A stretch of 64,000 nucleotides of DNA from a candidate division FCPU426 bacterium (GCA_963738405.1 CAVTWJ010000009.1:310580-374579), one strand, 5' to 3'; numbered from the stretch's first letter, positions 10,825 through 22,718 are shown. Made by a program: numbers and translations. The notes: generated by a model from the sequence alone, not told the origin.

Positions 10825-11706
10825 TTGGACGGCGTGTTGGTGATCGACAAACCTCCCCAATGGACATCCCACGATGTGGTCGCCCTTGCCCGCCGTATTC
10901 TCGGAACCAAACAAATAGGGCATTTGGGCACCCTGGATCCCCTCGCGACCGGTGTTTTGCCCCTCGCCGTGGGCGCGGCAACCCGCCTGATTGAGTTCAC
11001 CCGATTTGACAAACAATATGAGGCCGTTTGCCTTTTGGGCCGAGAGACGGACAGCGCGGATGTGACCGGCGCCCTCCTTCGTGAAAACCCCTGGCAGGGC
11101 CTGGATCCTAACGCCGTCCAGGAAGCTCTTTTAAAACTGTCGGAAATCCGGGAGCAAATCCCTCCGATGGTTTCGGCCGTCAAAAGCGGGGGCCGAAGGC
11201 TTTACGAACTGGCTCGGGAAGGTCAAAAGGTGGAACGGCTCCCGCGCCCGATCCGGATCCTCGCCTTGGAAATGCTCTCCATGGAATTGCCGCGCGTTTC
11301 CTTTCGGGTGACTTGTACGGCGGGAACCTATATACGAACCCTCTGCGAGACGCTGGGAAACCGATTGGGTGTGGGCGGCTGCTTGGAGGCCCTCCGCAGG
11401 ACCCAAGCGGGGCCTTTTCATCCTGCTCAATCGATCTCAATGGAGGTTTTCAAAAGGCACGAGGGAGCCGATCAAAAAGAGTCCCTTCTTCTTCCCGCCT
11501 CCCAACTGGTGGCCCATTTACCGAGCCTGACCCTTGCGGAAGAAGCCTTGAAGCCCTTTTGTCAGGGTCAAGCCCAAAAGGCGCCGGAGGGCATCACGGG
11601 AAAGTTGCGGGTCCTCAACAGCGCGGGTAGACTTTGTGCCGTGGCGGAGTCCTCGGACGGGACGCTCAAGCCTCAAAAGGTATTTGGATCGGAAGGCATC
11701 GCTTGA
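10825..11706 (+). CDS. truB: tRNA pseudouridine(55) synthase
   Basis: IDKP..TSHDVV, GHLGTLDPLATGVL, GTYIRTL. Confidence 0.96.
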   Translation: MDGVLVIDKPPQWTSHDVVALARRILGTKQIGHLGTLDPLATGVLPLAVGAATRLIEFTRFDKQYEAVCLLGRETDSADVTGALLRENPWQGLDPNAVQEALLKLSEIREQIPPMVSAVKSGGRRLYELAREGQKVERLPRPIRILALEMLSMELPRVSFRVTCTAGTYIRTLCETLGNRLGVGGCLEALRRTQAGPFHPAQSISMEVFKRHEGADQKESLLLPASQLVAHLPSLTLAEEALKPFCQGQAQKAPEGITGKLRVLNSAGRLCAVAESSDGTLKPQKVFGSEGIA

Positions 11707-12626
11707 AACACAAGGTCTCCCAGGGCAAGGGTCTGGTTTTCACCATCGGGGTTTTCGACGGCGTGCACCTGGGCCATCAGGCTTTGGTGAAGGAAACCCT
11801 CCGCCTCGCCCGGCGGCTTCATGCCGTACCCGAGGCGGTCACTTTTCATGACCATCCCCAGCATGTGCTGCGGGGCGGCCCCCCTATTCCTTTTCTTCTT
11901 CCGCGCAAGGAAACTTTCGACCTTTTAAAAAAAGAAGGAATATCCAGGGTTCGTGTGATCCGGTTTGATAAAGCTTTTTCCCGAAAGACCCCCGAAGCAT
12001 TTGTCCAATGGCTCCGGGGGATGGGCCGCTTGAAGGGAGTCGTGGTCGGGGAGAATTTTTGCTTTGGGCGGGACGCCCGAGGCGACGGGGCTCTTTTGAA
12101 GCGCCTGGGGAAAAGGCTGAATTTTGTGGTTAAGACCGTAAAGCCCATTTTGAGGCAAGGGAGGGTGGTTTCCTCCAGTCGGATTCGGGAGTTGTTATCC
12201 CAAGGCAAGACCGAGGCGGCCAACCAGTTGTTAGGAAAATCCTATTCCATTGAAGGCAGGGTGGTTCATGGAAAGCACGTGGGACACCAAATCGGTTTCC
12301 CCACGGCGAACTTGGCTCAAATCGAAGCCTTTCTTCCGAAAGACGGGGTTTATGCCTGCGCGGTGGAATTGGGTGAAAACTATTACCGTGCGGGGATGAA
12401 TTTAGGGAAGCGCCCGACCTTTCGAGCGGATGACCACCACCGCCAGGCGGAGGTTCACCTGCTTCGGTATTTTGGGAAACTCTATGGGCGCAGGATGAAG
12501 ATTTATCTTTTGAGGTATCTCAGGGAAGAAAAGAAATTTTCCTCGACGGCCGCCTTGGTACGGCAGATCAAGAGGGATCTTCAATCGGTGGAACGGATTT
12601 CTTTGAAGGGTTTCAGCAAAGCCTGA
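11703..12626 (+). CDS. ribF: bifunctional riboflavin kinase/FAD synthetase
   Basis: IGVFDGVHLGHQ, VSSSRIR, GFPTAN, EVHLL; probable TTG start overlapping the truB stop. Confidence 0.95.
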   Translation: MKHKVSQGKGLVFTIGVFDGVHLGHQALVKETLRLARRLHAVPEAVTFHDHPQHVLRGGPPIPFLLPRKETFDLLKKEGISRVRVIRFDKAFSRKTPEAFVQWLRGMGRLKGVVVGENFCFGRDARGDGALLKRLGKRLNFVVKTVKPILRQGRVVSSSRIRELLSQGKTEAANQLLGKSYSIEGRVVHGKHVGHQIGFPTANLAQIEAFLPKDGVYACAVELGENYYRAGMNLGKRPTFRADDHHRQAEVHLLRYFGKLYGRRMKIYLLRYLREEKKFSSTAALVRQIKRDLQSVERISLKGFSKA

Positions 12627-12814
12627 TTTTTTTCTTTTTTTGAACCGTCCTTCCTTATCCTGAAATCCATCCGCGAAAGGCAAAGCATCTTTTTTCCTTT
12701 AAATGAGCCTGTTTCTCAATTGGGAAAGCCGGATAACTCCTTTACACCCCTCTTTAAAGTCCCTAGAATGACCCCCCTGTCCGCCCCGTTTTTAGGGCGA
12801 ACGGGCCAAGGCTT

Positions 12815-12870
12815 TGATCCTTCCCTCGGCTTCCGTCCTCTCTGACGGATGCTTGGAGATGGGGAGCCGA
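12815..12870 (+). promoter_or_regulatory. putative S15 (rpsO) leader structure
   Basis: Stem GCTTCCGTC/GACGGATGC and an alternative stem CTCGGCTTCC/GGGAGCCGAG directly 5' of the rpsO RBS; S15 autoregulatory leaders are common at this position. Confidence 0.45.
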
Positions 12871-12900
12871 GCAATAAAATTCACCTTGAGGAGCCGTACC

Positions 12901-13167
12901 ATGATGACGAAAGATAAGAAGACCCAGCTGGTTCAGGACTTTAAACAGAAGGAGGGTGACACCGGTTCCCCCGAAGTTCAAATCGCCCTCGTGACTGAGC
13001 GGATTAAGTATCTCACCGAACACTTCAAATCCCATCCCAAGGACCATGCGTCCCGACGTGGATTGCTCAAGTTGGTCGGGCACCGGCGCCGCCTTCTGGA
13101 CTACCTGAAAAAGCACGACGTGAAGCGATATGCCTCGCTCCTCGAGCGTTTGGGTCTTCGCAAATAA
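12901..13167 (+). CDS. rpsO: 30S ribosomal protein S15
   Basis: [41 protein letters not shown]. Confidence 0.98.
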   Translation: MMTKDKKTQLVQDFKQKEGDTGSPEVQIALVTERIKYLTEHFKSHPKDHASRRGLLKLVGHRRRLLDYLKKHDVKRYASLLERLGLRK

Positions 13168-13206
13168 CCACGCTTTTTTTACCTAAACTATCCAGGAGGA
13201 ACATTA

Positions 13207-15315
<2,109 letters not shown>

Positions 15316-15326
15316 GCTCTTCGAGT

Positions 15327-15362
15327 AAGCCCCGTTCCCCTTTGGGAGCGGGGCTTTTTTTT
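15327..15362 (+). terminator. intrinsic terminator after pnp
   Basis: AAGCCCCGTTCCC/GGGAGCGGGGCTT stem followed by a T-tract. Confidence 0.85.
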
Positions 15363-15407
15363 GCCCCAAACCCTTTGTAAAAACGTGGGGCACCCCGGCT
15401 GGAAAGG

Positions 15408-15424
15408 TGTAAAATTATTTTACG
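15408..15424. promoter_or_regulatory. TGTAA-N7-TTAC box upstream of the membrane-protein/activator operon
   Basis: TGTAAAATTATTTTACG, the same motif as the two boxes at 17731 and 17760. Confidence 0.55.
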
Positions 15425-15465
15425 CTTTGCGTTAAATAGGTTTGGGGGAATCTTTGAAGAAAACA

Positions 15466-15843
15466 ATGCTCAAGAATGTGGATTGGGGCGGATTAACCAT
15501 CGTCAATCTTCTAGGAGTCTTGGCTTTCCCGCCCTATTTTATCTACCTCATGTCGATGGCGGCCCTGACCGCTTACGGCTTTCTCTATACGACCCATCTT
15601 TCCGAGGCCCAACAACAGCGCCTGATCGAGTTCGAGAAGGAATTCCGAAAGGGTTACAAGCGGGAGAAAGACGGCGACATCCGGGGCGCCATCGCTTGGT
15701 ATCACCAATTGGAAAAAGACTTCGCGGACATGCCCCAAGCTTCCAAACTCGCCACCCTGCAGATTCAGAAACTGGAGAAAGAAGGAAAGGCCTCCTCCGC
15801 AGGTAAGTCCAAGAAGCGCAAGCCTATGGGAGGAAAGTCATGA
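15466..15843 (+). CDS. small membrane protein with a TPR-like C-terminal helix pair
   Basis: Hydrophobic N-terminus, then [27 protein letters not shown] overlap with the next gene. Confidence 0.7.
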   Translation: MLKNVDWGGLTIVNLLGVLAFPPYFIYLMSMAALTAYGFLYTTHLSEAQQQRLIEFEKEFRKGYKREKDGDIRGAIAWYHQLEKDFADMPQASKLATLQIQKLEKEGKASSAGKSKKRKPMGGKS

Positions 15844-17735
15844 ACTCCCCCTGCCGCGAATGCGGCCAACCCCAGGAAGCGCTCCACCGGTTTTGCCCGG
15901 TTTGCGGGATTCCCCAGGCCCCCCCGGGCAAAATAACCCTGGAAGGCATGGAAGCCTTTGAGCAGGGGGAATATGAAAAGGCCTTGAAGCTTTTTAAAAC
16001 CGTCGCCAAACGTAATCCTCAGGATCCCTTCGCCCTGCGCGACGTGGGCCACGCGGCTTTTCACCTTCAAGACCTGACCCAAGCCCTGGAGATGTATCGG
16101 AAAGCCATTCAAATCCAGCCCAATCTGCTGGATGCCCAGTTCAATCTGGGGCTCGTTCATCTTCAAAGGGGCCAAGTCCATGACGCCATGTACGCCTTTT
16201 TGGAAACCTTGAACCTCATCCATCCGCTCACCCCCGGCTCCTATTATCTCGGCCTTTTTCACAGCGCCCCGACCCTCACCCTCCAATGCCGTTTGAATCT
16301 CGGCGGGCTTTTTAAAGAAAGGGGCGAGTTGGAAAAGGCCCTGGAGCAGTACCGGCTGGCGGCCGAGGCCTGGCCCCGCAATATATTGGCACAGGGAAAC
16401 CTGGGGGACTGCCTGATGGCTTTGGAAAGATTCGATGAGGCTATGACGGTCTACAAACGCGCTCTCAAGCTTGCGCCCGAGGGGCCCGACCGGTTGAATC
16501 TAAAGAACGATTTAGGGGTGTCCTATTTCAGGCGCGGGGAGATGGAAAAGGCGGTGGAAGAATTCAAGGCGGTGCTTCAACAGGACCCCGGAAACGTCAA
16601 TGCGGCTTACAATTTGGGCCAGCTCTACCGGCAGGAAGGGCAGTCGGAACGGATGCGGAAGGATTTTGAGGAATTCGTCCGGGGCTCGAATGACGGAGCC
16701 TCGATCCTTTTCGCCCTAACCAAATCAATGGTGTCCACCGCCGCCACCTCCTCGAAAAACCTAATCCAGGAGGATCAGGGGCTGGTGGGGGCCAGTCCGG
16801 CCTTGAAGAAGGTCCAAGATTTGATCAAGCGGGCGGCCTCGGCGGACGCGACCGTTCTTATTTTGGGGGAGAACGGAACGGGCAAGGAGGTGGCCGCAAG
16901 AGCCATTCACCAGCAATCCTCCCGTCACGACAAGGCTTTTGTCCCTATCGCCTGCTCGGTGCTGAGCGAGTCATTGCTGGAGAGCGAGCTTTTCGGCCAC
17001 GAAAAGGGATCCTTTACCGGGGCCTTGGACCGGAAGATTGGGAAATTTGAGGCCGCCCAGGGCGGGACGGTGTTTTTGGACGAGATCGGGGAACTGAATC
17101 TTTCCACCCAGGTGAAGCTGTTAAGGGTCCTGCAGGAAAGGGAGTTCGAGCGGGTGGGGGGGACCGAACCGGTCCGGGTCGACATCCGGGTCATCGCGGC
17201 CACGAACCGCGACTTGAAGCAGGCCATCCAGAGCGGCCGGTTTCGGGAGGATCTTTTTTACCGCCTCAATGTGATCGCGGTGGAGATGCCTCCCTTGCGT
17301 GAGCGGGAAGGCGACCTTTCCCTTCTGGTGCGCCACTTTCTCGAGAAGCAGAGTCAAAAGAGGCACCACCGTTTTGAGGGGCTTTCCCAGCCCGCCATGG
17401 AAATTTTGAAGCGGTACCGATGGCCCGGAAACGTTCGGGAATTGGAAAACTTGATTGAGAGGGTCGTCACCCTTAATGACGATGTGATGATCCGCCCGGA
17501 GCATCTTCCCCCCGAAATCATGGGAGGGTTGGCCTCTTCCGCGAATTCAGGGGCGGGGTTTCCGGGAACAGGGGTATTGGCGAACATGGAAAGGGACATC
17601 ATCGAAAAGGTTCTCAAGGAAACCAGGTTTAATAAACGCAGGGCCGCGGACCGTTTAGGCATCAGCCGGCCTACCCTCTATCAAAAACTGAAGCGTTATG
17701 GCCTCAAGCAAACGGCCGATAAACGGAAAGTGTAA
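15840..17735 (+). CDS. sigma54 enhancer-binding protein with N-terminal Zn ribbon and TPR repeats, no receiver domain
   Basis: CRECG..FCPVCG, multiple TPRs, [48 protein letters not shown], Fis-type HTH ([16 protein letters not shown]). Confidence 0.92.
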   Translation: MNSPCRECGQPQEALHRFCPVCGIPQAPPGKITLEGMEAFEQGEYEKALKLFKTVAKRNPQDPFALRDVGHAAFHLQDLTQALEMYRKAIQIQPNLLDAQFNLGLVHLQRGQVHDAMYAFLETLNLIHPLTPGSYYLGLFHSAPTLTLQCRLNLGGLFKERGELEKALEQYRLAAEAWPRNILAQGNLGDCLMALERFDEAMTVYKRALKLAPEGPDRLNLKNDLGVSYFRRGEMEKAVEEFKAVLQQDPGNVNAAYNLGQLYRQEGQSERMRKDFEEFVRGSNDGASILFALTKSMVSTAATSSKNLIQEDQGLVGASPALKKVQDLIKRAASADATVLILGENGTGKEVAARAIHQQSSRHDKAFVPIACSVLSESLLESELFGHEKGSFTGALDRKIGKFEAAQGGTVFLDEIGELNLSTQVKLLRVLQEREFERVGGTEPVRVDIRVIAATNRDLKQAIQSGRFREDLFYRLNVIAVEMPPLREREGDLSLLVRHFLEKQSQKRHHRFEGLSQPAMEILKRYRWPGNVRELENLIERVVTLNDDVMIRPEHLPPEIMGGLASSANSGAGFPGTGVLANMERDIIEKVLKETRFNKRRAADRLGISRPTLYQKLKRYGLKQTADKRKV

Positions 17736-17776
17736 AAAAAAGTTACTTTAAAAATATAGTGTAAAATATATTTACA
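17731..17776. promoter_or_regulatory. tandem upstream activator sequences (TGTAA-N7-TTAC)
   Basis: TGTAAAAAAAAGTTACT (17731-17747) and TGTAAAATATATTTACA (17760-17776), about 135 and 106 bp upstream of the predicted sigma54 start site. Confidence 0.7.
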
Positions 17777-17846
17777 TATTTTGAATTGGGTTATCGGTCG
17801 GGTCATCCGAAACCCTTATATTTTAATGGTTTTTATGACAGCCTTT

Positions 17847-17863
17847 TTGGCATCGCGATTGCA
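17847..17863 (+). promoter_or_regulatory. sigma54 -24/-12 promoter
   Basis: TTGGCATCGCGATTGCA with exact GG-N10-GC spacing, near the TGGCAC-N5-TTGCA consensus. Confidence 0.85.
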
Positions 17864-17873
17864 TTAAAGTGTA

Positions 17874-17962
17874 GATGACCAGCTGGAAACAGTTAGTCAA
17901 TCAACGAATCAAAAAAACTCACCTCCTAGAAGCCCCGGATTGACCCATCTGGGGCTTTTTTT
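17874..17962 (+). ncRNA. predicted sigma54-dependent small RNA with an anti-SD motif
   Basis: Starts about 12 nt after the -12 GC. 5' stem TGACCAGCTG-GAAA-CAGTTAGTCA, A-rich linker with CTCACCTCCT, terminator AGCCCCGGAT/ATCTGGGGCT plus T-tract; no credible ORF inside. Confidence 0.7.
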
Positions 17963-18020
17963 ATTTGGGGATAGGGGTTTTCCCCTTGTTATAGTGCTTT
18001 CCCACGATAACCCTTGGAGG

Positions 18021-19160
18021 ATGCTCCTGAACGCCCCAGTAGTGATTGCCCTTATTTCCTTCGCTCTATCCCTTGGATTGACCCCCCTTTTCCGCAAAAT
18101 CGCTCTTAAATCCCAATTTTTAGACAGCCCCTCGGGACAGCTTAAGAAACACACCGCCCCCGTCCCCTATATGGGGGGGCTCGCCATTTATTTTTCCTTC
18201 CTTTTGACTCTCTTGGGGGTTTTGGTCTTGTCCCCTCCCGTGGAAGCCGGTCGTGTCTTAGCCATCTTTATGGGAGCAACCATCATGGCGCTATTGGGGT
18301 TTGTGGATGACTTGTTTTCCCTTTCGCCCATGGTGAAGTTCTTTTTCCAATTTTTAGCCGCGGGGCTTCTGGTGGTTTTTGGCGTCCAACTTGAATTTTT
18401 ACCGGGCCATCCGCTCCTCGCCGTCATTCTCACCATTCTTTGGGTGGTGGGCGTCACCAATGCGGTCAACTTGATCGACATCATGGATGGGCTGGCGGGC
18501 GGGGTGACGGCCCTCGCTTGCTTAGGGTTCGTCCTCGTCCCCTTTTTGGGAAGCCAAAGTTATGTTCCCTTAACCGCGGCGGCTTTGGGGGGGAGCGTGC
18601 TGGGCTTTTTGCCCTACAACTTTCAGCCAGCGCGCATCTACATGGGCGATTCGGGCGCGCTTTTTTTGGGATACACCCTCGCGGGGCTTGCCATGGGGCA
18701 CGGCTACAGCCAAGTGAACGTTTTGGCCCTGTGCGCTCCTGTCCTCATCTTGGGGATTCCCCTCTACGACACGATTTTGGTGATGGTCCTTCGCGCCTTG
18801 AAGGGCCGGTCCATGTTTCAAGGGTCCAATGACCACCTGGCCTTGCGGCTTCGCAAAATGGGCCTGACGGTGAAACAAACGGTGCTCAGCCTCTGGGCGA
18901 TTTCAGCCCTACTGATACTCGCCGCAGGGGGGCTGGTCCGTTTTACGGAAAAAAGGGCTTTCGCGTTTTTATTGGTTTTGTTCGTGATCGGCATGATCTT
19001 TACCCTCGTCATCGCCAGCGTTTCCATGGGCGAATCCGGAACGGCTCCCCCCAAAAAGCGGACTCCCCGGCGGGGCGACCCTTCCGACCCTGCCGTGACA
19101 CTGTCCCTAGCCGCCCGTTCCCGCTCGTCCCAAAAAAATCCCCGGGTTCGTAAAAAATGA
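18021..19160 (+). CDS. MraY/WecA/TagO-family polyprenyl-phosphate GlcNAc-1-P transferase
   Basis: VPYMGGLAI, GFVDDL, NAVNLIDIMDGLA, YMGDSGA, DHL; GGAGG RBS before ATG 18021. Confidence 0.9.
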   Translation: MLLNAPVVIALISFALSLGLTPLFRKIALKSQFLDSPSGQLKKHTAPVPYMGGLAIYFSFLLTLLGVLVLSPPVEAGRVLAIFMGATIMALLGFVDDLFSLSPMVKFFFQFLAAGLLVVFGVQLEFLPGHPLLAVILTILWVVGVTNAVNLIDIMDGLAGGVTALACLGFVLVPFLGSQSYVPLTAAALGGSVLGFLPYNFQPARIYMGDSGALFLGYTLAGLAMGHGYSQVNVLALCAPVLILGIPLYDTILVMVLRALKGRSMFQGSNDHLALRLRKMGLTVKQTVLSLWAISALLILAAGGLVRFTEKRAFAFLLVLFVIGMIFTLVIASVSMGESGTAPPKKRTPRRGDPSDPAVTLSLAARSRSSQKNPRVRKK

Positions 19161-20452
19161 AAATTGAGACCTTAATCGCCGGTGGCGGGCTGGCGGGACT
19201 TTCCTGCGCGAAGGCGCTGGCCCAATCCAAACGCCCCTATCTGCTGGTGGAAAAGGAAAGGGAAACGGGCGGTTTGTGCCGGACGATCGAGCAAAAGGGA
19301 TTCACCTTCGATTACACCGGACATTTTTTGCATTTTCAGGATCCCAAGATCGAAAGATGGGTTCAGTCCCTGGCTGGTCCCGTCCTCAAGGCTCGGCGGC
19401 GCCACGCCGTTATCTACAGCCAGGGCGTCTTTACCGAGTACCCCTATCAAGAAAATAACTTTGGGCTGCCCTCTTCCATTGTCCGGGAAAACCTTTTGGG
19501 TTATCTGGAAGCGGCCCTGCGAACACGCTTTCATCCGTCGGCGCGCGCCGCCAAAAATTTTCAGGAATGGTGCCTTCGAAATTTCGGGCCCGGAATCTCC
19601 CGGCATTTCATGTTTCCTTACAATTCAAAATTGTGGAAAACGCCCCTCACCCGGCTCACCACCCATTGGATGGGGCGGTTTGTTCCCTCGCCTAAGGTGG
19701 GCCAGGCGGTGGATGGGGCCATGAAGCGCCGAAATTCGGATTCGGGTTATAACGCCACCTTCCTCTACCCCGACCGGGGGGGCATTTCGGTTTTGCCCAA
19801 GGCCCTTGCGGCGGGGCTGACCCATCTTTGGCGCGGGGTGGGATTGAATACACTGTCCATGGGCGCGAAAAAAGCGCGCCTTACTTCCGGCATTGAGATC
19901 CAATTCGACCGCCTGGTCTCCAGCCTGCCCTTGAAGGCCTTGGCCGCCCTGACGCGGGACCTTCCCTCATCCCTCAAGCGCGGCGCGTCCTCCCTGCAGG
20001 CCGTCTCCATTTACAACTTGAATCTCGGGCTCCGGGGCCCTCAGCCCATGCCTTACAGCTGGGTTTATTTCCCCGAGCCGGAGTTTCTTTTTCACCGGGC
20101 CGGTTCGGTCAGCGCCTGCGTTCCCACGGTGGCGCCCAAGGGCGGCTATTCCCTCTATGTTGAATTTTCCTACCGCGGCCCCAAGCCCGCCCCGGACAAA
20201 CTTTACCGCCATGCCCTTCAAAAGCTAAAGGGCCTAGGGTGGATCCGGTCGGAAAAAGACATCCTCACCCGGGTCGATTTGAACCTTCCTGGGGCCTATG
20301 TGGTTTATGACGAAAAGCGGGAGGGGATCGTCGAGGACCTTCTGGCCTTTTACCGAAAAAGGGGAATCCACTCGGTGGGCCGTTATGGATTATGGGAATA
20401 CGGAAGCATGGAAAGCGCCCTAAGACAGGGCCTGGAAGCCGCCCGATCTTGA
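19157..20452 (+). CDS. FAD-dependent enzyme, UDP-galactopyranose-mutase-like
   Basis: GGGLAG Rossmann motif, FDYTGH, PYNSKLW, NATFLYP..GG, WVYFPE, GRYGLWEY. Confidence 0.7.
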   Translation: MKIETLIAGGGLAGLSCAKALAQSKRPYLLVEKERETGGLCRTIEQKGFTFDYTGHFLHFQDPKIERWVQSLAGPVLKARRRHAVIYSQGVFTEYPYQENNFGLPSSIVRENLLGYLEAALRTRFHPSARAAKNFQEWCLRNFGPGISRHFMFPYNSKLWKTPLTRLTTHWMGRFVPSPKVGQAVDGAMKRRNSDSGYNATFLYPDRGGISVLPKALAAGLTHLWRGVGLNTLSMGAKKARLTSGIEIQFDRLVSSLPLKALAALTRDLPSSLKRGASSLQAVSIYNLNLGLRGPQPMPYSWVYFPEPEFLFHRAGSVSACVPTVAPKGGYSLYVEFSYRGPKPAPDKLYRHALQKLKGLGWIRSEKDILTRVDLNLPGAYVVYDEKREGIVEDLLAFYRKRGIHSVGRYGLWEYGSMESALRQGLEAARS

Positions 20453-20552
20453 ATCTTCCGGAAGCGGCGCCAAAGCCTTCAATGCTATAATGCGTTCGTT
20501 TTATAGGGCGTCAGACGGAATGCTTTTATCATTGCCGCACCCATGAGGATCC

Positions 20553-21005
20553 ATGCCTACACCGATCGACATCGAGTCCCTGAAATCCATCCCCCTGTTT
20601 CAGGTCTTCACCACTCAAGAGTTGAACACCGTCATCACCCTCTTTTTTGAGAAGGCCTACGGCAAAAACTCCACCCTTTTCGTCGAGGGAATGACCGGCG
20701 AAATTCTTTACGTGATCAAAAAGGGGACGGTTCAGATCCTGAAAAAGGTTGAGGCCAACAAGGAAGTGGTCCTCGCCACCTTGAAGGACGGGGAATTTTT
20801 GGGGGAGATGTCCTTGATCGACAACCGGCCCCGGACCGCCACCGCCCGGGTGGGGGAAGAAGCCGTCCTCCTGGTCATGACCAAGAAAGCTTTCAATACC
20901 ATGATGGAAAAACACCCTGAAATCGCCTTGAAAGTCCTTTTAACCTTCCTGAAAATAGCCAACGAGCGTTTGCGCAAAGCCAACGAGTCCATCAAACAAG
21001 TCTAG
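20553..21005 (+). CDS. stand-alone cyclic-nucleotide-binding domain protein
   Basis: LYVIKKGTV, GEFLGEMSLI..PRTATA; no HTH. Confidence 0.88.
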   Translation: MPTPIDIESLKSIPLFQVFTTQELNTVITLFFEKAYGKNSTLFVEGMTGEILYVIKKGTVQILKKVEANKEVVLATLKDGEFLGEMSLIDNRPRTATARVGEEAVLLVMTKKAFNTMMEKHPEIALKVLLTFLKIANERLRKANESIKQV

Positions 21006-21020
21006 CACACTGGAAAAACC

Positions 21021-22718
21021 ATGAATTCGAAGAAACTCGGTCTCGTATTAAGCCTGTTGTTGGTTTTGACGCCCGCCCTCAGCTTCGGGGATTTGATGTC
21101 GGAGGACTCCCTCACCACCCAGGCCCGGGCCTACTGGCACTATGCCATCGCGCTTTACTCGCTGCGCATGAGCCACCCGGAGCAATCCCTGGTGGAATTC
21201 GAGCAGGCGGCCCGATACGATCCCCAATCCCCCTCCATCCACAAGCACCTGGCCTACAACTATTACATGGAAGGGCTGGATAACAAAAGCGTGGAGGAGC
21301 TTCAAAAATCCCTCGACCTGAACCCGGAAGACACCGAAACCCGCCAGCAGATGGCGGAACTTTTGGCGGCGCAGGGGGAATATTCCAAGGCCCAGCACGA
21401 GTTGGAAAACCTGATTCAAAAAAATCCAGGGAACATCAAGGCCCGATACGAATTGGCCGGCATCTTCGCCAGCCAAAGCAAGACCGACAACGCCATGGCG
21501 ACCTACCAGGCCATCCTGACGGCGGACCCCAAGCAGGCCGACGCCTACTACAACATGGGGCTTCTTTATACCCGGGCCAACCAGGCCGTCAAAGCCGAGG
21601 AGTATTTCCGCAAGGCCATCACCACGGACCCCACTCAAGAGGCTCCCTACGCCTCCCTGGGGCTTATTTACGAATGGGAAAAAAAAGAAGACGATGCCAT
21701 CGCCACTTACCAGGCCCTGGTGAAGGTAAACCCCCAAAGCGCTCAGGCCTATCAGGCCCTGGGGGAACTTTACGCCGGTCAGAAAAAAGACGATTTGGCC
21801 CTCCAAGCCTTTCAAAGCTATTCCAAATTAAAGCCCGCAGACGCCTCCGCCCTCGACAGCATCGGCATCTGCCAGTACCGCCTCAAGCAATATGACGACG
21901 CCATCGCCTCCTTTCAGGGCTTCCTCGACAAGGAACCGCGCAACGACCTGGTGCGGTTTCATTTGGCCGCCGCCTTCGAGGAAAAGATGGAATACCCTCA
22001 GGCGGAAGAACAGCTTCAAGCCATCCTGAAAAATGACGATAAATCCACCGACGCCTGGGTGCGGTTGATCCTTCTTTTAGGCAAGGAAAACAAAGAACCC
22101 GAGGCCGCCCAAACCCTCAAGGACGCCTTGAAAGCGGTTGCCAATAGCCCGGACCTGATCCTCATTGAGGCCATGCTGGAGCATCAAAAGGGCGACTTGA
22201 CCCCGGCGGAGGAGCATTACCGAAAGGTCATTCAACTGGACCCTCAAAACGTGCAGGCCCACTTTAACCTGGGAGTTCTCCTGGATAAAAAGGGCCGCTT
22301 TGACGACGCCATGGATGAAATGAGGAAGGTGTTAAAGATCGACCCGGATAACGCCGAGGGGCTTAATTATTTGGGCTATTCCTACGCGGACAAAAACACC
22401 CGCCTTGACGAAGCCAAGGATCTGCTGGAAAGGGCGGTCAAGATTGAGCCCGACAACCCCTATTATTTGGACAGTTTGGGTTGGGCTTACTACCGGCGGT
22501 CCGATTTCCCGGGGGCCAAGGCCGAGCTGGAAAAGGCCGAGGGCTATTTAAAAGACGGTCAAAAGGACAACGCGGTCGTGTATGACCATTTGGGAGAGGT
22601 TTTCATGAAACTGGGGGATAAGGATTCGGCCATCCTGCAGTGGCAAAAGGCCGCCCAGCTGGACCCGGATGACAAGGATTATCCCGCCAAAATCGCGAAG
22701 GCCAAAACGGCCCCGTGA
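21021..22718 (+). CDS. exported TPR-repeat protein of the type found upstream of ispE
   Basis: Signal peptide, many TPRs, LNYLGYSYAD, YLDSLGWAYY, DHLGEV. Confidence 0.88.
   Translation: MNSKKLGLVLSLLLVLTPALSFGDLMSEDSLTTQARAYWHYAIALYSLRMSHPEQSLVEFEQAARYDPQSPSIHKHLAYNYYMEGLDNKSVEELQKSLDLNPEDTETRQQMAELLAAQGEYSKAQHELENLIQKNPGNIKARYELAGIFASQSKTDNAMATYQAILTADPKQADAYYNMGLLYTRANQAVKAEEYFRKAITTDPTQEAPYASLGLIYEWEKKEDDAIATYQALVKVNPQSAQAYQALGELYAGQKKDDLALQAFQSYSKLKPADASALDSIGICQYRLKQYDDAIASFQGFLDKEPRNDLVRFHLAAAFEEKMEYPQAEEQLQAILKNDDKSTDAWVRLILLLGKENKEPEAAQTLKDALKAVANSPDLILIEAMLEHQKGDLTPAEEHYRKVIQLDPQNVQAHFNLGVLLDKKGRFDDAMDEMRKVLKIDPDNAEGLNYLGYSYADKNTRLDEAKDLLERAVKIEPDNPYYLDSLGWAYYRRSDFPGAKAELEKAEGYLKDGQKDNAVVYDHLGEVFMKLGDKDSAILQWQKAAQLDPDDKDYPAKIAKAKTAP

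Noticed and set aside
17894..17928. Minus-strand AGGAGGTG read as an RBS for a peptide
   Set aside because: It gives only 3-9 codon frames, and the promoter and terminator polarity both point to a plus-strand RNA.
17940..18020. N-terminal extension of the wecA-like ORF in the track
   Set aside because: It overlaps the sRNA terminator; GGAGG-ATG at 18021 is the better start.
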